This document shows positions 1-7,743 of a DNA stretch of 45,282 nt, piece after piece (the first letter of the stretch is position 1; each line of letters begins with the position of its first letter). Origin of the DNA: an uncultured Desulfobacterales bacterium (lineage in GTDB: Bacteria > Desulfobacterota > DSM-4660 > Desulfatiglandales > HGW-15); the NCBI GenBank assembly GCA_964475045.1, contig CAYYVD010000002.1:1-45282 (forward strand). Reading direction: 5' to 3'. The position numbers and the translations under genes were made by a program. Below the pieces are notes generated by a model. It made no database searches. It was given only the letters and a program-made list of their open reading frames with translations, and was not told the DNA's origin.

Positions 1-1
1 T

Positions 2-460
2 CCCGCCTCTCCCAGCCCCGCCCACCCGCCCCCGGACGACACGCGGGAGGTCCTGGATCACCTCACGCGCCTGGTGCACGGCACCGCGGAGATGGACATC
101 AGCTTCACGGACGAGTACATGGAGGGGGGCGTCAAGGGCATCGGCAGAAAGGTGATGAGGCGTCTGAAGCAGGGGCGCTTTCCCATTCAGGACCATGTGG
201 ATCTGCACGGGCTCACCCGGAGCGAGGCCAAGGAACGGGTTCAGGCGTTTCTTCAGGACGGCCACAAACGGGGACTTCGATGCGTGCTCGTCATTCACGG
301 CCGGGGGTTGAACTCTCCGTCCGGCGGTCCGGTGCTGAAGGAGCACCTCCCCGCATGGTTCAGCAGCGGCCCGGTGCGCAAGATCGTCCTGGGCTTTGCC
401 ACGGCAAAGCCTTATGACGGGGGCGCCGGGGCGGTCTATGTGCTCCTACGTGCGCGCTGA
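2..460 (+). CDS. Smr-domain protein (MutS2/YdaL-like small Smr nuclease domain); 5' end lies outside the window
   Basis: The reading frame is open from base 2 with no stop, so the GTG at 74 is only the track's first start. Smr hallmarks are present: HVDLHGLTRSEAKERVQAFL and CVLVIHGRGLNSP. Stop at 458-460. Confidence 0.75.
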   Translation, partial: PASPSPAHPPPDDTREVLDHLTRLVHGTAEMDISFTDEYMEGGVKGIGRKVMRRLKQGRFPIQDHVDLHGLTRSEAKERVQAFLQDGHKRGLRCVLVIHGRGLNSPSGGPVLKEHLPAWFSSGPVRKIVLGFATAKPYDGGAGAVYVLLRAR

Positions 461-1074
461 TTCGGCGGAGCTTTGGGGCGAGGGACGAGCTTCGGGAAGG
501 GACGATTTCGAGGGGAATTTCGGGGACACCATTCTGCATTCGCTGGGTGGCGACTCAGGGCCAGGGGGTCTGCGAAAAACGGGTTGCCTCCAGAACGAAC
601 GTTCATGCCCAGCCGATACCCGACGGCCTGGCAGAGCTGGGCGATCACGGTCCTCCGGCCCTTGACCGGCACGCTGCCCCGCTCCTCCACGTGTAGATCC
701 TCCTTGTTCTTCACGAGATCGAAGGTCTGCTTGCTGATGAGGATCTCTCCGGCCTGGGCCATGGCCGTCAAACGGGAGGCCACATTGACGTCTTCATCGA
801 TGACCGTGTACTCCATCCGCCTTTCCGACCCCAGGTTCCCGGCTACCACGTTACCCGAGTTCACCCCCACGCCCACGCGAATGCCGGCCCGCTCAGGCCC
901 TTCCCCCTCACCCATTCGCGGACGCTGACGGCGATCTTCCCCGGACCGGCGCTCCAGTCCGCACCGCCGGTCTTTCTTGACGCGGCGTTCGTCGAGGTCC
1001 GCTTCTCCCGACTGTGTTCGAGCGGACGGGTCCCTGTCCTGGGGGTCCGCCGGAGGCTTCGCACGCTTCATGGG
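436..1074 (-). pseudogene. Truncated class III adenylate/guanylate cyclase; only the C-terminal half of the catalytic domain is retained
   Basis: ORF 436..1122 has an internal Met at 1074 (MKRAKPP). The segment at about 610-885 reads GIRVGVGVNSGNVVAGNLGSERRMEYTVIDEDVNVASRL..GEILISKQTF..GSVPVKGR, which matches the C-terminal half of a cyclase homology domain. The N-terminal half carrying the metal-binding Asp pair is absent. It is replaced by an Arg/Asp-rich tail (KKDRRCGLERRSGEDRRQRP). Only 91 nt separate this ORF from the next remnant, so the missing half cannot be encoded upstream. The tail 3' of about 610 looks non-coding and overlaps the Smr stop. Confidence 0.5.
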
Positions 1075-1165
1075 GCAGATCCTTGCTCGCCGATCCTGTT
1101 CGTGGAAGATATAGAGGTGCAACGAAACGTAGAAGGCTTGGTTCTAGAGAAAAGCTCCGGGACTG

Positions 1166-1486
1166 TCAAATCAGCCCAGGCGCTTTCCGAACCGCTCGAC
1201 CGCGTCCTCTCGATCCACGCGGTGGGTGATGCGAAAGGTCCGGCCCTCCCCGGCCGATGACCCGGGAGCCGTGCATGAGGCACAGTTCGTCACAGCGCTC
1301 GCCTTCCTCCAGGTAGGCCGTGGACACCACGACGGTCATGCCCTCCTCCCGCACGTCGTCCAGGATGCCCCAGAACTCGCGCCGGCTCACCGGATCCAGG
1401 CATCCGATGCGGATGGACCCCTCGGAGGGCGCAAGGGTGGTGGCCAGCATGCGCAGGAGCGTGGCTCTTGCCGAAGCATTTGACAA
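1166..1486 (-). pseudogene. ABC-transporter ATPase remnant with an internal deletion
   Basis: The translation ..ATLLRMLATTLAPSEGSIRIG|CLDPVSRREFWGILDDVREEGMTVVVSTAYLEEGERCDELCLMHGSRVIGRGGP joins two normally distant regions. The first is the segment just after Walker A (xxTLLRMLAGLLxPSEGxIRIxG). The second is the segment just after Walker B (LDEPTxGLDPVSRREFW...). Walker A itself, the Q-loop, the ABC signature and Walker B are all missing. The junction is near nt 1400. Confidence 0.6.
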
Positions 1487-1543
1487 GCCCCGGGATTTCT
1501 TCTACTAAGGACAGGACGCCGAACGAAAGGATCGAAACCGCTC

Positions 1544-2590
1544 ATGAAGCTCGGGATCATCGGCCTGCCCCAGGCCGGAAAGACCACCATTTTCGAGGCC
1601 CTGGCCGGTGCCCGCGGGGAGGCCCCTCAGAAGACGCCGGGCCGATCGGACCATCGCATCGGGACCGTCCGTGTGGCCGACGACCGGGTGGATCGCCTCT
1701 CGGACCTCTACCGTCCCAAGAAGACGACGTATGCCCAGGTGGAGTACCTCCTCCCCTCGCAGGCGGCCGGGATGTCTTCGGACAAGTCCGAGAGCGCCGT
1801 CTGGAACCAGGTCCGGCCCTGCGACGCCCTGATCCACGTGGTGCGGAATTTCCGTGGCACCCTGGGCGTGCCGCCCACCCCCGAGGCCGACATCCGGGCC
1901 GTCGAGGAGGACATGATCATCAGCGACCTCGCCGTCGTGGAGAAGAAGCTCGAGCGGATGGAGCTCGATGCCAAGCGGGGAAAAAGGGACGAGGAGGGCC
2001 TGCGCGAGCCCATGGACGCGTGTCGCGCCCTGCTGGAGGAGAACCGCCCCCTCCGCTCGGACCCGGCCCTGGCGTCCGCCCCCGAGCTTCGAGGGTTCAC
2101 CTTTCTCTCGGCCAAGCCTCAGCTCCTCATCGTGAACAACGACGACGAGGACGAGGCCATGCCGGGCTGGTCCTCACCGCCCGAGCACGCCGAGGTCCTG
2201 GTGGTGCGGGGGGGGCTCGAAAAAGAGATCACCTCCCTTCCGTCCGAGGAGGCCGAGGAGTTCATGGCCGCCTACGACATTCGAACCTCCGCCCTGGACC
2301 GGGTCATTCGGACCTCCTACGACATCCTCGACCTGATCTCCTTTTTCACGGTCGGGGAGGACGAGGTCAAGGCGTGGACCATTCCCAGGGGGACCACCGC
2401 CCTGGAGGCAGCCGGGGTCATTCACTCGGACATTCAGCAGGGCTTCATTCGCGCCGAGGTGATCTCCTTCGACGAGCTCGAGCGCCTGGGCAGCCTCCAG
2501 GAGGCCAAGAAGGCCGGTGTGGTCCGGCTCGAGGGCAAGGAGCACCTGATTCGGGACGGCGACATCGTGCACTTCCGTTTCAATGTGTAG
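1544..2590 (+). CDS. ychF: YchF/OLA1-family P-loop ATPase (redox-regulated ATPase YchF)
   Basis: N-terminal P-loop MKLGIIGLPQAGKTTIFEAL. C-terminal YchF/TGS-like block FFTVGEDEVKAWTIPRGTTALEAAGVIHSDIQQGFIRAEVISFDEL. ATG start with AAGGA upstream. 348 aa. Confidence 0.88.
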   Translation: MKLGIIGLPQAGKTTIFEALAGARGEAPQKTPGRSDHRIGTVRVADDRVDRLSDLYRPKKTTYAQVEYLLPSQAAGMSSDKSESAVWNQVRPCDALIHVVRNFRGTLGVPPTPEADIRAVEEDMIISDLAVVEKKLERMELDAKRGKRDEEGLREPMDACRALLEENRPLRSDPALASAPELRGFTFLSAKPQLLIVNNDDEDEAMPGWSSPPEHAEVLVVRGGLEKEITSLPSEEAEEFMAAYDIRTSALDRVIRTSYDILDLISFFTVGEDEVKAWTIPRGTTALEAAGVIHSDIQQGFIRAEVISFDELERLGSLQEAKKAGVVRLEGKEHLIRDGDIVHFRFNV

Positions 2591-2624
2591 TGCCGGCTAT
2601 GACCAGACCCAAGGAGACAAGGAC

Positions 2625-3692
2625 ATGAAAAAACAACCGGTGCGCGTGGGCATCATCGGCGCGGGCGGGTACGGCGGCTGCGGGGCGGTCGAGCTCCTGA
2701 GCCGGCACCCCGGCGCCGAGCTGGCGGCCCTGATCGACACCCAGGACGTGGGAAAACCCATCAGCGATCTCTATCCTCACCTGAAGGGTTTCTGCGACCT
2801 GACCATCACGGCCCCGGACGGCCCCGACCGCCCCGAGGACCTGGATGCAATCTTCTTCGCCACGCCCGACGGCGTGGGACAGAACGAGGCGCGGGCCTGG
2901 CTCGAACGGGGGGTCCGGATCATCGACTACAGCGGCGACTTCCGATTCGACGCCCCGGACGTCTACCAGGGCTATGCGGCCCGCATCGGAAGGAGCGGGG
3001 AGCACGCGGCGCCCGACCTCCTGAGAGAGACCGTCTACGGCCTGGCCGAGCTCCACCGTGACGCCATCGCCGGTGCACGGGTGGTGGGAAACCCGGGATG
3101 CTTTGCCGTGAGCTGCATTCTGGGTCTGGCCCCTGCCGTCCGGACCCGGCTCGTGGACCCGGACACCGTGGTCTGCGACGCCAAGACCGGGGTCTCGGGG
3201 GCGGGGAAGAAGCCGTCTCCGACCTTTCACTTCCCGGCCCGCTACGAGGCCATGAACGCCTACAAGGTCTCGGGCCACCAGCACGTCTACGAGATCGAGC
3301 GGGAGCTCGGGCTTCTCGCCGGCCGCGAGATCACCCTGATCTTCACGCCCCATGTGGTGCCCCTTTGCCGGGGCATCCTGTCCACCCTCTACGCGCGGCT
3401 CACCCCGGGCAACGGTCTGGCCGAGGCCGTGGAGGCCTACCGGGATTTCTACCGGGGCGAGGCCTTTGTCCGCGTGTTCGGGCCCGAAACCGCCCTGACC
3501 TCCAGCCACGTACGCGGCAGCAACTTCTGCAACCTCTCCGTGAACGTGGATGAGCGGACCGGAACCCTGATCGTGGTGAGCCTGATCGACAATCTGGTGA
3601 AGGGGCAGGCGGGCAGCGCGGTCCAGAACATGAACATCATGTTCGGCCTGGAGGAGACCTCCGGCCTGCTCCAGCCCGGGCAGTACCCGTGA
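2625..3692 (+). CDS. argC: N-acetyl-gamma-glutamyl-phosphate reductase
   Basis: VRVGIIGAGGYGG Rossmann start and the catalytic-Cys motif GNPGCFAVS. The C-terminus reads NLVKGQAGSAVQNMNIMFGL. The ATG at 2625 is preceded by AAGGAG at 2611-2616. The track ORF begins earlier, at 2583. Confidence 0.9.
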   Translation: MKKQPVRVGIIGAGGYGGCGAVELLSRHPGAELAALIDTQDVGKPISDLYPHLKGFCDLTITAPDGPDRPEDLDAIFFATPDGVGQNEARAWLERGVRIIDYSGDFRFDAPDVYQGYAARIGRSGEHAAPDLLRETVYGLAELHRDAIAGARVVGNPGCFAVSCILGLAPAVRTRLVDPDTVVCDAKTGVSGAGKKPSPTFHFPARYEAMNAYKVSGHQHVYEIERELGLLAGREITLIFTPHVVPLCRGILSTLYARLTPGNGLAEAVEAYRDFYRGEAFVRVFGPETALTSSHVRGSNFCNLSVNVDERTGTLIVVSLIDNLVKGQAGSAVQNMNIMFGLEETSGLLQPGQYP

Positions 3693-3751
3693 CAGAAGGG
3701 ACCGGGCTCCGCACCGTTCCCCGCCCCTCACACCGCGCTCGGGAGGTCCGC

Positions 3752-4852
3752 ATGTCCAAATGCACCCGCATGGCACTCGTCTGCACCGTCCTTGCCCTTT
3801 GGATCCACCCGCAGCAAAGTTCCGCCCAGCCGTGGCCGGACACCGGCCAATCCCGGTGTTACAGCAACAGCCAGGTCATCGACGCCCCGCCGCCGGGAGA
3901 GGCGTTCTACGGCCAAGACGCCCAGTATCAGGGAGTCTCCCGCTCCTATACCAAGCTGGGTAAGGGCGGAGTGGCGTTGCCGGACGACGAACCGCACGTG
4001 AATGCAGGCGGCCGGTGGATCATGACCCGGGACAACGTGACCGGACTCGTCTGGGAGGTCAAGACCGCCGGGAACCAGGACGACACCTACCCTTGGGCAA
4101 ACGCACAAGATGTCTTCCTGGCTGGAATGAACGAGGCCGTGTACGGCGGGTTTTCGGACTGGCGGGTACCGGAGGTCTGGGAGCTGCTGACCCTGGTGGA
4201 TGCAGGACGCAGGATTCCGGCGATGGATGACCGCTTCTTCGGCGACATGTCCTGCTACCCGGCCTATTGGACCCACACCCCCTACCAGGGTGATTCCGGC
4301 GCTGCATGGACGGTCGACTTTGCGTACGGCACCTCGAGAGCCCAGGGCAAAGACACCTCGAACCTGGTTCGTTGCGTACGAGGCGCCCCTTGGCCCCCGC
4401 CACCGCCACCTCCTCCTCCGGTTCTCCACAAGATCTCGGCCTCGCCGGCTGAAGACGGCCAGACCTACCTCGGGTGCCCCAAAGAAGGCAGGTGGATCTA
4501 CCGTAAGGAGGTCACGCTCACCTATGAGTACAACATTCCTTCAGATGCACCGAGCGAAACGTACTCGCTGATTTTAGAATATCTGTTTGTTCGACGGCCT
4601 TCCGGGGAATTCTGGTGGGTGAAAAAACTGAAGGAGCATCCTCGAGGCTCGTCAGGCCAAGAGTCCATCACCTTTACCGTGGAATACTATGATGTCTATA
4701 TGGATTGCTATGAGATGGGCAAAGATGGCCAATATCCAATTTATGTTTATCTAACGGATTACAGCGGTGAATGGTCGATTTACCATGAACCGACAAAACA
4801 CAATGCTTTCGACGACTACATTACCGTCCTATACAGAAAGCTGGGAGATTGA
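3752..4852 (+). CDS. Secreted DUF1566 (Lcl C-terminal-like) protein with a poly-Pro linker and an uncharacterised beta-rich C-terminal domain
   Basis: The ATG at 3752 is preceded by GGGAGG. Signal-peptide-like N-terminus MSKCTRMALVCTVLALWIHPQQSSAQ. DUF1566 hallmarks are PDTGQSRCY, GLVWEV, DWRVPEVWELLTLVD, AYWTHT and VRCVRG. Nine consecutive Pro codons lie at 4394-4420. The last ~145 aa are Tyr/Glu/Ile-rich and encoded by low-GC DNA. Confidence 0.75.
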   Translation: MSKCTRMALVCTVLALWIHPQQSSAQPWPDTGQSRCYSNSQVIDAPPPGEAFYGQDAQYQGVSRSYTKLGKGGVALPDDEPHVNAGGRWIMTRDNVTGLVWEVKTAGNQDDTYPWANAQDVFLAGMNEAVYGGFSDWRVPEVWELLTLVDAGRRIPAMDDRFFGDMSCYPAYWTHTPYQGDSGAAWTVDFAYGTSRAQGKDTSNLVRCVRGAPWPPPPPPPPPVLHKISASPAEDGQTYLGCPKEGRWIYRKEVTLTYEYNIPSDAPSETYSLILEYLFVRRPSGEFWWVKKLKEHPRGSSGQESITFTVEYYDVYMDCYEMGKDGQYPIYVYLTDYSGEWSIYHEPTKHNAFDDYITVLYRKLGD

Positions 4853-4991
4853 AAGCCGAACCCCGATTCCGCCTGTCTCTCGTCTCTGTGGAGACCGGGT
4901 CCATGCGCCGCGTGGCCATGACCCGAGGAACCGGGCTTGAACACGGCCTTACGAAAATGGACCAGGCGCTGTATTTCACGTGGAGGAAGGC

Positions 4992-7679
4992 ATGGTTCGG
5001 ATGGTCTTGTGGGTCTTGGCGGGGGTTTTCGTGCCTGTCTGCGTCGCAAGCGCAGCCCTGGTGGACAAAGGCGGCGAGACGCTTTCAGACCCGCAAACCG
5101 GGCTCATGTGGCAGAAGGCGAGCGCCTCTGGTACGACCACATGGCAGCAGGCCCTGGCATACGCCGAAGGCTTGTCCCTTGAAGGATACGACGACTGGCG
5201 TCTGCCGAGCCGCAACGAGTTGCTGACCCTGGTGGATTTCACATGCTTCGACCCGGCCGTCGATCCGGTCCTCGCTCCCCACACCGAATCCTGGGGGTAC
5301 TGGACGTCGACCACCTATATGGGGCTTCCTTATCGTCAGCTGGCCTATACCGTGGATTTTCTGGGCGGTAGTGTCAGTGCCGCATACAAGACATTGTCGT
5401 CTCACGTCCGTGCGGTCCGTTCTCTCGAGCCCAACCTGAATCGCCTGTCTGTTTTTCTCGAATACGGAAACCCTCCATTGGACGCCGGCTTCACCGCCGA
5501 GGTGTTCGGAGGGGAGAAGCCCTATGTCTATGATGTGGACTTTGGAGATGGAAGCACACATCGCTCTTCCGACCACGAATTCACGCACACGTACAACGAC
5601 GCAGGAATCTATTCGGTTGCATGTACTGTTACAGACAGCAGTGGTAGCACGACTTCGAAAACCATGAACCTAGCCGTAACATTGGATCCAGACATCATTG
5701 AAGAAAAGCAGTTCAACAAACGATATCCCGGCACCATATCTCCCCCTTCACAAACAACCCGCTGGTACAAAATCCTGGTACCCCAGAATACGGAAGGAAC
5801 CATCCATATTGACATTGAAAATCAATACGGGACGGCTTCTGAATTTCAATTGTTTGATCATGATACAACATCAGAAGTAACCGGTTTTAATATTGAACCA
5901 AACCAAACACACAAAATTGCCGACATACATGTAACTAGTGGCTATTATTACTTGAGATTTTCAGACAACGGGAGCCTCAGGGACACGAAGAACTATTTCT
6001 ATTTTTGCGTATACGCATCATTTGAGGTCCCCGTCAAAATAGAAGGCGTTCCGGATTACCATCAGGAAGATTATACGTACGTGAAACGAACCGGACAGTG
6101 CGCGCCGACGGCGGGCGCTTGCATCCTGGGCTACTGGGCGAATCAGGGTTATCCTCTCCTGTTGGCGAGCGGTGTCACGGAACTCATCACGGACCTGGAA
6201 ATGAACAGCGCCTATGACTGGGACGACGGAGGCACGTTTTCCCACACCATGGATCAAGCCATGGAACTCGTTTGCAATGAAGGGGCGCCTTATGGATTTC
6301 GAACCGTCTATCTTTCCCCTCCCTCTTTTTCCGATTGCAAAGAGGAGATTGATCGGGGCAGGCCTTTTTACATCAGTGTCCATGATCTGGACCCTTACAA
6401 AGCGCATGCCGTGACCGCGATCGGATACGATGAAACCAATGGAAATCAGAGGCTGATTGTTCACGACAATTGGAAATCAACTGAAAAAGAAATCATTCTG
6501 GATTGGAATCCTAAATATTTTAGCAGCATAATTCGGGTATTGCCAGGCCAAAAAAGCGATAAAATTATCTCTGGAAGTATCACAAACAGCGATGGAATCG
6601 GCCTTCCGAATATCAATGTCGGATTCTTTCGATGGGATTATAATGCCAATTGGGATCGCGGAGAAATAGAACCATGTAATTATGAAAAAGCATGGATCGA
6701 AGAAGGCTCAGTAACAACCGACAGTAAAGGTTATTACCAATATACCACGTATTTCTCTTGGATGGGAAAGGCTGTCATTTCCGGATTTGACAGCGATTTT
6801 GTCATTCCGAACAGGTATCATTCATCGACTGACTGGTCCGATGCGTTGTGCAATACCAATAGAGACACCGACCTGATCAGCGATATCGATCATTGGCATT
6901 TTGAAATCACCCAAACATGTACGGTGTCTTTCCGGGATGCGGACGGCACCCCGTTGAAGAGCGAGGCGGTGAGCTACGGCGGCCGTGCAACGGCCCCCGA
7001 CGACCCGGTCCGGGAAGGCCACACCTTTACCGGTTGGGACCGGCCCCTCGGTCCCATCACCAAGGATCTGGACGTGAAGGCCCTGTACAAGGTCCGGCCG
7101 TACACCCTCTCCTTCGACCCTGCGGGCGGCTCGGCCGTTCAGGCCATCACCCAGGACTACGGCACGGCCCTGACCGCTCCGGACGATCCGACCCGGGAAG
7201 GATACGACTTCGCAGGCTGGGACCCGCCCTTCCCGGCCACCATGCCGGCCGAAGACCGGACGCTGAGGGCTCAGTGGAGCCCCCAGACGTGCACCTTGTC
7301 GTACACCGCCGCCGGGAACGGGACCGTAATCGGAGAAGCGAACCAGACCATTCCATACGGTGGGGACGGGAGCGCGGTCCAAGCGGTTCCCGACGAAGAC
7401 CACCGCTTCGTACGGTGGAGCGACGGGTCCACGCAGAACCCTCGAGCCGACAGGGAGGTGACGGTGGATGTGACCGTGTTCGCGATCTTCCACATGCCGG
7501 CGGACGTGAACGGCGACGGCCTTCTCGGGCTTCCCGACGTGACCCTGGCCTTGCAGGTGGTCGCCGCGGTTCCCCTGTCCGGCCCGGTTTCTCCCAATGC
7601 GGACGTGGACGGGGATGGAAGGATCGGTTTGGCGGAAGCGGTGTACGCCATTCAGGGCTTTTCCGAAACGGCGCGGTAG
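4992..7679 (+). CDS. Secreted multidomain protein: DUF1566, PKD, PPC-like, papain-like (C39-like) Cys peptidase, CarboxypepD_reg-like, 3x Flg_new repeats and a dockerin-like C-terminus
   Basis: The ATG at 4992 follows GGAGGAAGG, and the N-terminus is a signal peptide (MVRMVLWVLAGVFVPVCVASAA). Module evidence is as follows.
- DUF1566: GLMWQK, DWRLPSRNELLTLVD, GYWTST, VRAVRS.
- PKD: YVYDVDFGDGST..HTYNDAGIYSVACTVTDSSG.
- PPC-like: RWYKILV..GYYYLRF.
- Peptidase: GQCAPTAGACILGYW (Cys codon 6099-6101), KAHAVTAIGYD (His codon 6405-6407), LIVHDNW.
- Flg_new: GHTFTGWD, GYDFAGWD, HRFVRWSDGS.
- Dockerin-like Ca-loops: DVNGDGLLGLPD and DVDGDGRIGLAE. Confidence 0.75.
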   Translation: MVRMVLWVLAGVFVPVCVASAALVDKGGETLSDPQTGLMWQKASASGTTTWQQALAYAEGLSLEGYDDWRLPSRNELLTLVDFTCFDPAVDPVLAPHTESWGYWTSTTYMGLPYRQLAYTVDFLGGSVSAAYKTLSSHVRAVRSLEPNLNRLSVFLEYGNPPLDAGFTAEVFGGEKPYVYDVDFGDGSTHRSSDHEFTHTYNDAGIYSVACTVTDSSGSTTSKTMNLAVTLDPDIIEEKQFNKRYPGTISPPSQTTRWYKILVPQNTEGTIHIDIENQYGTASEFQLFDHDTTSEVTGFNIEPNQTHKIADIHVTSGYYYLRFSDNGSLRDTKNYFYFCVYASFEVPVKIEGVPDYHQEDYTYVKRTGQCAPTAGACILGYWANQGYPLLLASGVTELITDLEMNSAYDWDDGGTFSHTMDQAMELVCNEGAPYGFRTVYLSPPSFSDCKEEIDRGRPFYISVHDLDPYKAHAVTAIGYDETNGNQRLIVHDNWKSTEKEIILDWNPKYFSSIIRVLPGQKSDKIISGSITNSDGIGLPNINVGFFRWDYNANWDRGEIEPCNYEKAWIEEGSVTTDSKGYYQYTTYFSWMGKAVISGFDSDFVIPNRYHSSTDWSDALCNTNRDTDLISDIDHWHFEITQTCTVSFRDADGTPLKSEAVSYGGRATAPDDPVREGHTFTGWDRPLGPITKDLDVKALYKVRPYTLSFDPAGGSAVQAITQDYGTALTAPDDPTREGYDFAGWDPPFPATMPAEDRTLRAQWSPQTCTLSYTAAGNGTVIGEANQTIPYGGDGSAVQAVPDEDHRFVRWSDGSTQNPRADREVTVDVTVFAIFHMPADVNGDGLLGLPDVTLALQVVAAVPLSGPVSPNADVDGDGRIGLAEAVYAIQGFSETAR

Positions 7680-7686
7680 GCAGCCT

Positions 7687-7721
7687 CCTTCGGCCCGAAG
7701 GATGGCCTCGGGCCCCGAGGC
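7687..7721. terminator. Two tandem GC-rich hairpins between convergent genes; possible bidirectional terminator
   Basis: ccttcggcccgaagg (7687-7701) forms a 6-bp stem with a 3-nt loop. gcctcgggccccgaggc (7705-7721) forms a 7-bp stem with a 3-nt loop. No clear U-tract follows on either strand. Confidence 0.3.
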
Positions 7722-7743
7722 GTGACTGTGATTCGTTGGGCCG

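Noticed and set aside
3689-3751. An upstream extension of the first DUF1566 ORF that overlaps the argC stop.
   Set aside because: The extension precedes the signal peptide and has no RBS. The ATG at 3752 has GGGAGG at the proper distance and gives a normal signal sequence.
3752-5430. A possible diversity-generating retroelement target. DUF1566/C-type-lectin-like domains are known DGR variable-protein folds.
   Set aside because: No reverse transcriptase gene is in the window. I also found no template-repeat/variable-repeat pair. The 3' ends of the two DUF1566 modules (about 4255-4385 and 5290-5420) are not near-identical at the DNA level.
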